From Acidobacteriota bacterium (lineage in GTDB: Bacteria; Acidobacteriota; Thermoanaerobaculia; Multivoradales; UBA5704), in assembly GCA_040005235.1 (NCBI GenBank), contig JBDTZG010000110.1, forward strand, positions 1 to 11,637: DNA of 11,637 nucleotides. The letters are read 5' to 3'. The notes beneath the pieces were generated by a model that did not search any database, was not told where the DNA came from, and worked only from the letters and a program-made list of their open reading frames with translations. The stretch's first letter is position 1, and each line of letters starts with the position of its first letter. This document shows, piece by piece, positions 1 through 7,573 of this stretch. Position numbers and translations under genes: made by a program.

Positions 1-26
1 CCTCGAGAACGTTCTCGAGCGGCTCA

Positions 27-131
27 AGTTCGATCTTTTTTCAAAAAAGTTCGCTTCTCAACCGTTCGAGTTCACTTTTGAGTCGCTCGAGTTCACTCTT
101 TTTTCGGAAAAGTTCGATCTTTTTTGATCGA
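27..131. repeat. Degenerate tandem repeat with exact 21-bp period (5 units, AGTTC core)
   Basis: AGTTC starts at 27, 48, 69, 90 and 111; units 1 and 5 share AAGTTCGATCTTTTTT, units 3 and 4 share TCGAGTTCACT. AT-rich compared with flanking genes. May continue left of the window. Confidence 0.85.
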
Positions 132-133
132 AC
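108..133 (-). terminator. Possible intrinsic terminator for the minus-strand membrane operon
   Basis: Perfect 8-bp stem GTTCGATC (112-119)/GATCGAAC (126-133) with 6-nt loop, 6 nt after the protease stop codon, followed by TTTT on the minus strand. Stem is not GC-rich and U-tract is short. Confidence 0.35.
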
Positions 134-139
134 GTCGGC

Positions 140-1135
140 CTACGGCGCTCCCGGCACCTTTAGCAGAGTCAGCGCCGCAAGGACCGCCACCAGCCCTGCA
201 TACTGAAAGAATGCCAGGCGGTCCCCTTCGAGGGGATCGGTCACAGTCTTGCGCGGGTTGAATAGCCAGAACACCGCGCCGAGCAGGAGGAGGATCAGGA
301 GTCCCTCTCGCACGAAGAACCAGACTCCGCCGATCCAGACGACGAGGGCGATCTTCTGCCCTTTGGAGAGGGCGCCGAAGGCCCGTCCGCCATCGAGCGG
401 ACCGAGCGGCAGAAGGTTGAAGAGGTTGATCCACGCGCCGAGGCGCGCAACCGCCGCCCAGATTGGACCGCCGCCGGCCAGATGGACGCCCCAGGCGACG
501 AGCGCAGCGCCCAGCCCCCAGATCGGTCCGGCCAGCCCTACCCGGGCGTCCTCGCGCGGGCTCACCGGGTGCTGTTTCAAGCGGATGAACGCTCCGAGGC
601 CGGGAATGAACGTCGGCGCCGAGGCGGGGAATCCCAGCCGATGCAGGGCGGCGACATGCCCCATCTCGTGGACGTAGATCGACAGGATCAGCCCCAAGGC
701 GAGCTGCCAGCCGAAGATCGACCAGTAGACACCTAGCGAGAGGAGCATTGTTCCCAAGGTCCCGATCTTGGTCAGGCCGAGCAAAAGGAACTTCGCCTTG
801 GTAAGTAGAAACGCCAGAACCGCGACGACCCCGCCCCCTTTCCAAGCGCTGCGCAGACCGCGTGCTTCGCCGCCGGGAACGACAAGGCCCCCTGCCTCGG
901 CCCGCTTGGAGAGCGTCTCGGCCCGTTGCGCGATCGTCCGGGCCTGCCCCGACTCCGGCGGCAGCAGCTCGAGCGCCCGGCGCCAGGCGTTCAGGGCGTC
1001 GGCCGGCCGATCCGCCTCGGCCTCCTCGGCCTCCTGCGCCAGTCGCTTCAGCTCTTCGGAATGGATCAGCGCCTGACAAAGCGGACAGCTCTGGCGGGCG
1101 GGCGAGACTTCCGTGCCGCAACCGGGACAACGCAT
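140..1135 (-). CDS. Site-2 protease family (peptidase M50) intramembrane zinc metalloprotease with N-terminal zinc ribbon, 331 aa
   Basis: HEMGH (HExxH) within a hydrophobic segment and NLLPLGPLDGG (NxxPxxxxDG) motif; several TM helices; N-terminal CPGC-x10-CPLC. True start taken as ATG 1133-1135 (TGATG overlap with upstream stop), not 2008 as in the ORF track. Confidence 0.93.
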   Translation of the reverse strand: MRCPGCGTEVSPARQSCPLCQALIHSEELKRLAQEAEEAEADRPADALNAWRRALELLPPESGQARTIAQRAETLSKRAEAGGLVVPGGEARGLRSAWKGGGVVAVLAFLLTKAKFLLLGLTKIGTLGTMLLSLGVYWSIFGWQLALGLILSIYVHEMGHVAALHRLGFPASAPTFIPGLGAFIRLKQHPVSPREDARVGLAGPIWGLGAALVAWGVHLAGGGPIWAAVARLGAWINLFNLLPLGPLDGGRAFGALSKGQKIALVVWIGGVWFFVREGLLILLLLGAVFWLFNPRKTVTDPLEGDRLAFFQYAGLVAVLAALTLLKVPGAP

Positions 1136-1854
1136 CAGATGTCGGCGGGGGCGGGAGGGGACGGCGGCGCCGCGCCGAAATCGAGCGGGCCGAGAATCGC
1201 GATCACCGGACGCTTGTTGAGCTTCCACGCTTCCCAAAGGCCGAAAGCGATGATGGCGAGGCCCAGGATGTTCCCGAAGCCGGCGAGGAAAGGTACCGCG
1301 GCGGCGAGCGCGAAAATCTTGAACACGGCCTTGGAGTCCATTTGCTCCTTCAACCCGCTGACCAAAAGAGGAATGTAGGCGCTCACGATCGCCATGTAAG
1401 TCAGAAACATGGCCAGCGTCTGATAGACCCACCCGCCGCGCCCTCGCGCTCCCCAATGAACGGACCTTCCCACCATGTAACCGACCAGGATCGAAATAAG
1501 ACCGATCTGGTATCCGGTGAGCGCCCGCACGGCGTAATAGATGCCGCTGCCGATGATCGCCGCGCCAAAACCCGCTCCGGCGGCCCGCAGAAAACCGGCC
1601 GCGCCGGGACCCTTCTGGAACTGCTGCTCGATTTTGAACCGGCAGGACTCGCAGGCCATCCGGCCGTTGACATCGAAATAAGAGCCAAAAAGAGGGGTGC
1701 GGCAGAACGCGCACGCCGGGGCCTGCCGTCCCTCCGCAGCCTCCGTCAGCTCGGCGCGATCGAATTGCAAGCCGCTCGGCCGGGAGTCCGGAGTGATGGG
1801 CGCGACGGGCGCGATGGAAGAATCGGGGCCGATGGGGGCATTGGGATCGCTCAT
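1135..1854 (-). CDS. Hypothetical membrane protein with CxxC-x16-CxxC motif, 239 aa
   Basis: Starts MSDPNAPIG at ATG 1852-1854 (ATGA overlap with DUF2238 stop); Pro-rich termini, CAFC...CESC motif, then 4-5 hydrophobic segments; stop overlaps the protease start. Confidence 0.8.
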   Translation of the reverse strand: MSDPNAPIGPDSSIAPVAPITPDSRPSGLQFDRAELTEAAEGRQAPACAFCRTPLFGSYFDVNGRMACESCRFKIEQQFQKGPGAAGFLRAAGAGFGAAIIGSGIYYAVRALTGYQIGLISILVGYMVGRSVHWGARGRGGWVYQTLAMFLTYMAIVSAYIPLLVSGLKEQMDSKAVFKIFALAAAVPFLAGFGNILGLAIIAFGLWEAWKLNKRPVIAILGPLDFGAAPPSPPAPADI

Positions 1855-2525
1855 TTCGTTTTCTTCCGCCGATCCAGCCAAACCGCGAAGAGAATCGCCA
1901 CCAAAGCACCCGTGCTCGCGAGGGCCATGTCTTTGTGGGCGTCCCAGACATCGCCCTGGGTTCCGAGGTACGCCATGCCGAGACCGCCGCCAAAGGCTTC
2001 CGAGGCACCCCATTCGATCAGCTCGTAAAGGGCCGATGTAGAAACCATGATGTCGAGCGGCAGGAAGTAGCTCCAGAAGCCGCGCACGCCGGCTCGAGGA
2101 ACCACCAGCTCGCGAAGCGGCAGGGCGAGCAGCAGGCCGTAACCGAAGTGGATCACGCGATCGAAATTGTTGCGCTGCCAACCGACTAGGGAATTGAACG
2201 TCGAGCCGGTGAGCGCCTTCCACCACTCGTCGTACGGCACTTCGGCGTAGGTGTAGTGGGCACCCACCTCGTGCAGGCAGAGGAAGACGAAGATCAGCGT
2301 GTAGGAGATCGTCGACAGCCGCGCGCGCGCCCAAGTCCAGGCGACGAACAGGACGGCGGCGACCACCAGCGCGTTTTCGAGCAGCCAATCGTGGCGGTCG
2401 TTCGGGTGGATCGCGAGAGCCACCCAGAGCACCGCGAACAGCACGGCAAGAATCGAAACGTAGCGACCGCTCGCGGGCGTGATCGGAGCGAAAGGAAGTG
2501 GAACTCCAGCGGATCTGAGATTCAT
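1851..2525 (-). CDS. DUF2238 (YjdF-like) inner membrane protein, 224 aa
   Basis: Family-typical motifs W-x-x-EN, GAHYTYAEVP, RNNFDRVIHFGYG, YELIEW, YLGTQGDVWDAHKDM; multiple TM helices; GAGGA SD-like sequence upstream of ATG. Confidence 0.88.
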   Translation of the reverse strand: MNLRSAGVPLPFAPITPASGRYVSILAVLFAVLWVALAIHPNDRHDWLLENALVVAAVLFVAWTWARARLSTISYTLIFVFLCLHEVGAHYTYAEVPYDEWWKALTGSTFNSLVGWQRNNFDRVIHFGYGLLLALPLRELVVPRAGVRGFWSYFLPLDIMVSTSALYELIEWGASEAFGGGLGMAYLGTQGDVWDAHKDMALASTGALVAILFAVWLDRRKKTK

Positions 2526-2603
2526 CTTAGGATCCTCATCGGCCGATTTGTCGAGAGCCTCATGCTATGCCAGGACAGGACGGCACCACGAACGGCTCGG
2601 CTT

Positions 2604-3089
2604 TCAAGAGAACCGGGTCCGAATGTATTCCTTGGCGCTGTCCGGAGGAAGTTTCACCGTGCCAGGCCCGCTCCGCACGAAGAAATCCCCCTCTGGGCTC
2701 GCCTCCAGCCCCTTCCACTTGAGGAATACCGGCTCCAGGCTCCGCTGGCAGCTCACGACGCATACGGTCTTGCCCTGCACGATCTGGGTCTTCGGATCGA
2801 TGCAGGTACCGGCGCGGTCGTTGAGCCCGTTCCGGACGACCTGCGCCAGGTGGCGCATGAACTTGTCGTCGCTCTCCAGCCCGTCGCGCTCTATGCCGAC
2901 GATTCCCCCATCGTCCGCCACCCCGATCAGTAGATCGCCGCCTTCGGTGTTGAGAAACGCGGCGACCGTCTTGAGAACGGCGTGGGTAACGAACTTATCG
3001 TCCTGCCGGTCTTCTTTGAGGCTCCAGCGCAACGTGGACTTAAACTCCAAGGTCTTCGACTCGCCACGCCGAATCAGCTCCTCGGCGTT
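2604..3089 (-). other. Schlafen/AlbA_2 (PF04326-like) putative ribonuclease domain of HsdR, aa ~1016-1176
   Basis: ELIRRGESKTLEFKS, LKTVAAFLNTEGGDLLIGVADDGGIVG and terminal FFVRSGPGT match the AlbA_2 pattern E-x4-EFK ... AFxNxxGGxLxIGVxDxG ... xxRxG. Confidence 0.88.
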
Positions 3090-6000
3090 GCGATGGGCGC
3101 GCAGGTATTGATCGAAGAGGAAGTTCTTGACCACATCACCAAAAGCCCGATCGTCGGTGATCCGCTTATAGAGGTCGAAGTTCGAGTCGACGATCTCCTG
3201 GATCACGTTTTCGACCTTCTGATCGAAAGTGAGCCGGACGTTTTCCCGCGTGTTGACCCGGGCCGCCGCATCGAGCGCGGCGTCTCCATCGAGCATCTCC
3301 ATCATCTGACCGAACGTGACGCGATGCTCCGGTCCGAGATTGAGCCCGAAGCGCTCATTCAACTCGGAGAGGATTCGGGAAAGCATCTCCACCTCCTCCG
3401 CCTCTACACGCTGCACGCCTTTGGTGCTCACGGGCTCCAGTACACCCGGGCGGCGTTCCAGAACGATCTGTCCCCCGCCAGTCTGCTGGAGGCGATAGGA
3501 CTCCATGTCGATGTTCGCCTGTACTTCGAGCGGCAGGGTTTCTTCAGCTTTGGATACGAAGCGCCTCAGGTAGCGTGCGAAGACGTAGAGCTTTTCCAAA
3601 TCGGCGTCGGCAAAGGTGAGCACCTGGGCGAGGAAGGCGTAGAGCCGCAGGTAGTCGGTGAGCTGCCCCCGAAAGTCCTGCTGCTCCTCGTTTCCGAGCG
3701 CTCGAAACCGTTCGGCCACCGGGGCGAGAAGAGAGTAGAGCCGGTCCTGGGGAACCTTCCGGTCGAAGTAGGCCTGGGCGAAGGCGTCCACCTCGGCCTC
3801 GGTATAGACCGGAAATGCGCCGAGCCCCGACTGCCGCTCGTAGAGCAGGTTCGGGTCGGTCCCCTCCGAAAGCAAGGTCGTCTCGAAGTAGGGTTCGAAA
3901 GCCGCCCGGATCTCGTCCGCCTCGTTGGCGAAGTCAAGGACCAGGGTGCCCGTCTTCTCGGGAGCCAAAGTACGGTTCAGTCTCGAGAGGGTCTGAACGG
4001 CGTTGACGCCGCCGAGCTTTTTGTCCACGTACATGGTGTGGAGCAACGGCTGGTCGAACCCGGTCTGGAACTTGTTGGCGACGATCAAGAAGCGATACTC
4101 GGAGCGCTCGAAGGTCTTGGCGGTCTGCGTTTCACCGATCGTCGCGGACTCGCCTTCCGAGTTCATCTTCGACTCGGTGTAGTCCTTGCCCCCGTCCGAC
4201 ACGGTACCGGAGAAGGCCACCAGCGCCTTCCACGGGTAGCCCCTCTCCGCGAGGTACTTGTCCACCGCCCGCTTGTAGCGCACCGCGTGAAGGCGCGAGC
4301 GGGTGACGATCATCGCCTTGGCCCGGCCGCCGATTTCACCCTGCACCTTGGCCGCGAAGTGCTCTATGCAGATCTTTACCTTCTCGGCGATCGCGTGCGG
4401 GTGCAGCTCGACGAACGACTTGAGCAGGTATTCGGCTTTCTTCCGGTCGTAATGCGGGTCGTCCTCGATCGTCTTCAAAAGCCGCCAATAGGCCTGGTAC
4501 GTCGTGTAGTTCGTCAGCACGTCGAGGATGAATTCCTCCTCGATCGCCTGCCGCATGCTGTAGAGGTGGAAGGGCTCGAACTTACCGTCTTCTCGCTTCC
4601 TGCCGAACAGCTCCAGCGTCTTGGGCTTGGGGGTGGCGGTGAAGGCGAAAAGCGAGAGATTCGGGAGGTGGCCGCGTTTGACCGCCTCCGCCAGGGCAAG
4701 ATTGTCCACCTCGTTTCCGCCAGGTTCGGCGGCGGCGTCTTCCCGCTCAGCCTCGCTCAGATCTCTTGCTGCGAGGATTACCTTGAGCGGCTTGGTGCTC
4801 TCGCCCGACTGGGAGGAATGTGCCTCATCGACGATGACGGCGAAGCGCGTGCCGGGCAGCTTGCCGATTCCTTCGGCGATCACCGGGAACTTCTGGAGGG
4901 TGGTGACGATGATGGTCTTACCCGATTCGAGGGCTTCTTTGAGCTGGCGTGACGTCTTGTCGATGTTTTCGACCACCCCGAGCTGCTGCTCGAACTGGCG
5001 CATGGTGGTCTGGAGCTGGCGGTCGAGGATGCGCCGGTCGGTGACGACGACGATCGAATCGAAAACGCGCCGATCCCAAACGTCGTGGAGGGTCGAGAGC
5101 TGGTGGGCGAGCCACGCGATGGTGAAGCTCTTGCCGCTGCCGGCCGAGTGCTGAATCAGATAGCGCTGCCCCGCGCCCATTCCACGCGCGTCGGCCACCA
5201 GTTTTCGCACGCAGTCGAGCTGCTGGTAGCGTGGAAACATCAAGATGCGCTCGCCGGTCTTCTGCCCCTTGTCGTCTTCCGGCTCGACCTCGTGAATGAA
5301 CTGGCGCACCAGGTCGAGCACGCTGTCCCGCGCCCAGGTTTCGTCCCACAGGTAGCCGGTGGCGTAGCCTTTCTGCGTGGGCGGCACGGGTGGATTTCCG
5401 GCGCCGCCGTATTTCCCCTGGTTGAAGGGAAGAAAGCGCGTCTTGTCGCCCGCGAGCCGGGTGGCGACGTAAACCAGCTCCGGATCGACCGCGAAGTGCG
5501 CGAGGCAGCGGCCGTAGGCGAGAAGCGGCTCGCGCGGGTCGCGGTTGGTTTTGTACTGGCGGATCGCGTCGTCGACGTGCTGGCCGGAGAGCCGGTTTTT
5601 GAGCTCGGCGGTGAAGATCGGAATCCCGTTCAGGAGGAGCCCCAGATCGAGGCTGTTTTCGTTCTTCGTGCTGTAGCGGAGCTGGCGCACCACGGCGAAC
5701 AGGTTCGCGGCGTAAAGGCTCCTCGTCTCTTCGTTGAGCCCGCTCGCGGGCCGGAAGTAGGCGAGCCGGAACTTGACGCCCGAATCTTTGATTCCGTTGC
5801 GCAGCACGTCGAGCGCCCCGCGCCGCTCGATCTCGGAGGCGAGCCGCCGAAGGAACTGCTCCCTCACCGCCGCGCCGTGGTGCTGCGCGAGCTTTTTCCA
5901 CTCCTTCGGCTGGGTGGCGAGCACGAAGTCCATCACGTCGCGAGGCAGCAGGCAGAGCGCGCGGTCGTACTCGTCCGGCGTACGCTTCCGATAGCCGCCC

Positions 6001-6134
6001 GGTGGGTAATCACCGAAAGGAGGCGCCGTCTCGCGCACCACGGATGCGTCTTCCATGTAGGCATCCGGACCGTACCGAAGCAGCGTACGCTCGATCGCCT
6101 CCTCGAAAGAAAGTTCGGAGATGACAGGGCTCAT
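2604..6134 (-). CDS. hsdR: Type I restriction enzyme R subunit with C-terminal Schlafen/AlbA_2 domain fusion, 1176 aa
   Basis: Nuclease motif LDLGLLLNGIPIFTAELKN; SF2 translocase motifs HSAGSGKS, DEAH, FTATPK, FQTGFDQP, QTLSRLNR; ATGA overlap with hsdS stop (6131-6134); extra domain at aa ~1016-1176. Confidence 0.96.
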   Translation of the reverse strand: MSPVISELSFEEAIERTLLRYGPDAYMEDASVVRETAPPFGDYPPGGYRKRTPDEYDRALCLLPRDVMDFVLATQPKEWKKLAQHHGAAVREQFLRRLASEIERRGALDVLRNGIKDSGVKFRLAYFRPASGLNEETRSLYAANLFAVVRQLRYSTKNENSLDLGLLLNGIPIFTAELKNRLSGQHVDDAIRQYKTNRDPREPLLAYGRCLAHFAVDPELVYVATRLAGDKTRFLPFNQGKYGGAGNPPVPPTQKGYATGYLWDETWARDSVLDLVRQFIHEVEPEDDKGQKTGERILMFPRYQQLDCVRKLVADARGMGAGQRYLIQHSAGSGKSFTIAWLAHQLSTLHDVWDRRVFDSIVVVTDRRILDRQLQTTMRQFEQQLGVVENIDKTSRQLKEALESGKTIIVTTLQKFPVIAEGIGKLPGTRFAVIVDEAHSSQSGESTKPLKVILAARDLSEAEREDAAAEPGGNEVDNLALAEAVKRGHLPNLSLFAFTATPKPKTLELFGRKREDGKFEPFHLYSMRQAIEEEFILDVLTNYTTYQAYWRLLKTIEDDPHYDRKKAEYLLKSFVELHPHAIAEKVKICIEHFAAKVQGEIGGRAKAMIVTRSRLHAVRYKRAVDKYLAERGYPWKALVAFSGTVSDGGKDYTESKMNSEGESATIGETQTAKTFERSEYRFLIVANKFQTGFDQPLLHTMYVDKKLGGVNAVQTLSRLNRTLAPEKTGTLVLDFANEADEIRAAFEPYFETTLLSEGTDPNLLYERQSGLGAFPVYTEAEVDAFAQAYFDRKVPQDRLYSLLAPVAERFRALGNEEQQDFRGQLTDYLRLYAFLAQVLTFADADLEKLYVFARYLRRFVSKAEETLPLEVQANIDMESYRLQQTGGGQIVLERRPGVLEPVSTKGVQRVEAEEVEMLSRILSELNERFGLNLGPEHRVTFGQMMEMLDGDAALDAAARVNTRENVRLTFDQKVENVIQEIVDSNFDLYKRITDDRAFGDVVKNFLFDQYLRAHRNAEELIRRGESKTLEFKSTLRWSLKEDRQDDKFVTHAVLKTVAAFLNTEGGDLLIGVADDGGIVGIERDGLESDDKFMRHLAQVVRNGLNDRAGTCIDPKTQIVQGKTVCVVSCQRSLEPVFLKWKGLEASPEGDFFVRSGPGTVKLPPDSAKEYIRTRFS

Positions 6135-7573
6135 GCGGCTTCCCCTCGCACGTCGATCTTGCCGGTCACCGCGGCGGAGATCAGGGCGGTGCGGAGTTCT
6201 TTGAGGCGGTTGATGGCCTCGCGGACCTTGGCGATGAGGGCGTCGATCCTCGCCGTCTGGCTAGCGATCCCGACGACGATTTGATCTTGCTCACGGAGGC
6301 CTGGCATCGGCATCGGTAGGTTCCGGAGCTTTGTGCTGTTGGTCGACGCAAGGTTCGTGGATTGCTTGGACGTTGCCGTGAAGTAGGCTCGCCCATAGCC
6401 GCTGCTCATCGCAAACGCCAAGTAGCGAGGGCTAAGGACGTCACGTCGCGGGCGCACCGCAAAGATGTGATTTTGGTGCAAACACCCTGAAATCTGGCCT
6501 TCCCAGACATGCCCACGTCCGAGTTTGTCGAAGTCGCCGCCTTCGGTCATCAACACGTCGCCCTCTCGGAGTTCGTAGCGAGGCGCTTCATGCACGGGTA
6601 TTTCGATTTCTGCAATATCCTGCAGAGCGAGATACCCATCCTGCACGTTGGCTACCCGGAGGTAAGGACGCCCTGCCAAGTTACCGCCTTCATAGTTCTT
6701 TCCGAGCGTCACACCTGTCTGAAGCACGCTAACAGCCTTCAGTGGCTTCACCTCCCAATGCGCCGGAATCTCCCCCAGCCACTCGACACCGGAGTCCTTC
6801 ATGGGGACGTTTGGGTCAAGGCCCTTGGTGACGGCGCGGGTGATGAGGGCGGTACGCTGTTCTTGGAGCAGCTCGATCAGGCGCTCTTTCTTCGCCACCA
6901 GCGCATCGATTCGCGCGGTCTCTCGGTCTAAAAATGCGGCAATGGGGCGCTGCTCGGGCTCCGGAGGTAGCCCGATGGCTTCGCTTAGGTAGCTAGAACT
7001 GTCGAGGTTCTGAATACCGGTGCTCTGCTTGATGTGGCGCGTATTGATGCGTTGTGCATAGAGAGCAGCATGGAGGTAGCTCTGGTACCGAGGGTCATGT
7101 CCATCGGCTATCGTGACGCGCGCCACAAAGTTTGAGCAGACTGCGGGCACCTCATGATCGAAGAGGACCACCGCTCCTACCGGCTGATTCTCACCACCAC
7201 CGGATTTCTCCAGCAGAAGGTCGCCCGATCGAAGACCACGCGCGCTGACAACCTCCGGATCGATTGATCGCATGGTGGGTTCTTCAATTTCGACCCTGAA
7301 GGCATTTCGATTGAAGTCGGCGACTCGCACGCAAACGATGTCGTGGACCCCATCAGGCTCATCGCCCCAAACGCCGTTCTGGCAGCTCGTCACAGTTGAC
7401 CGCAGCCGCCGAACCTCCCAGCCCGCTGGAATCTCTCCCAGCCACTCGACGCTGGAGTCCTTGTACGCCGCGTACGGCTTGTACCGCCGCGGCCTCGCGG
7501 AATGCTCAGCGCTATTCGTCCCCCTCGTGTGAAGGTCACCTGCGCGCGAGGGACGATGAGAAGGGGCACTCAT
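6131..7573 (-). CDS. hsdS: Type I R-M specificity subunit S, 480 aa
   Basis: Two TRDs with duplicated conserved regions (YKDSSVEWLGEIPAGWEV / MKDSGVEWLGEIPAHWEV; TARIDAL...RTALI..AVT twice). Start ATG 7571-7573 overlaps abiEii stop (ATGA) with upstream GGAAGGA; the 7828 start in the ORF track overlaps abiEii and is unlikely. Confidence 0.95.
   Translation of the reverse strand: MSAPSHRPSRAGDLHTRGTNSAEHSARPRRYKPYAAYKDSSVEWLGEIPAGWEVRRLRSTVTSCQNGVWGDEPDGVHDIVCVRVADFNRNAFRVEIEEPTMRSIDPEVVSARGLRSGDLLLEKSGGGENQPVGAVVLFDHEVPAVCSNFVARVTIADGHDPRYQSYLHAALYAQRINTRHIKQSTGIQNLDSSSYLSEAIGLPPEPEQRPIAAFLDRETARIDALVAKKERLIELLQEQRTALITRAVTKGLDPNVPMKDSGVEWLGEIPAHWEVKPLKAVSVLQTGVTLGKNYEGGNLAGRPYLRVANVQDGYLALQDIAEIEIPVHEAPRYELREGDVLMTEGGDFDKLGRGHVWEGQISGCLHQNHIFAVRPRRDVLSPRYLAFAMSSGYGRAYFTATSKQSTNLASTNSTKLRNLPMPMPGLREQDQIVVGIASQTARIDALIAKVREAINRLKELRTALISAAVTGKIDVRGEAA
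6765..7462. repeat. Intragenic direct repeat pair in hsdS (6765-6799 and 7428-7462)
   Basis: GGAATCTCCCCCAGCCACTCGACACCGGAGTCCTT vs GGAATCTCTCCCAGCCACTCGACGCTGGAGTCCTT, 32/35 identical; encodes KDS(G/S)VEWLGEIP preceding each TRD. Confidence 0.85.

Noticed and set aside
93-2028. ORFs 93-1130 (-) and 862-2028 (+)
   Set aside because: Arg/Gly/Pro-rich alternative-frame translations of real genes with no domain signal.
140-2388. Extended ORF-track starts for the protease (2008) and hypothetical protein (2388)
   Set aside because: Extensions overlap other credible genes, are Arg/Gly-rich off-frame translations, and downstream ATGs give clean stop-start overlaps.
2604-3089. AlbA_2 region as a separate gene read through a lost stop codon
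   Set aside because: No in-frame start with SD at the domain boundary (FDQYLRAHRNAEELI is continuous), so a true fusion is the simpler reading; read-level confirmation is still advisable.
2982-6284. Long plus-strand ORFs 2982-4952 (656 aa) and 5085-6284 (399 aa)
   Set aside because: Antisense shadows of hsdR, expected from high-GC codon bias; no recognisable motifs.
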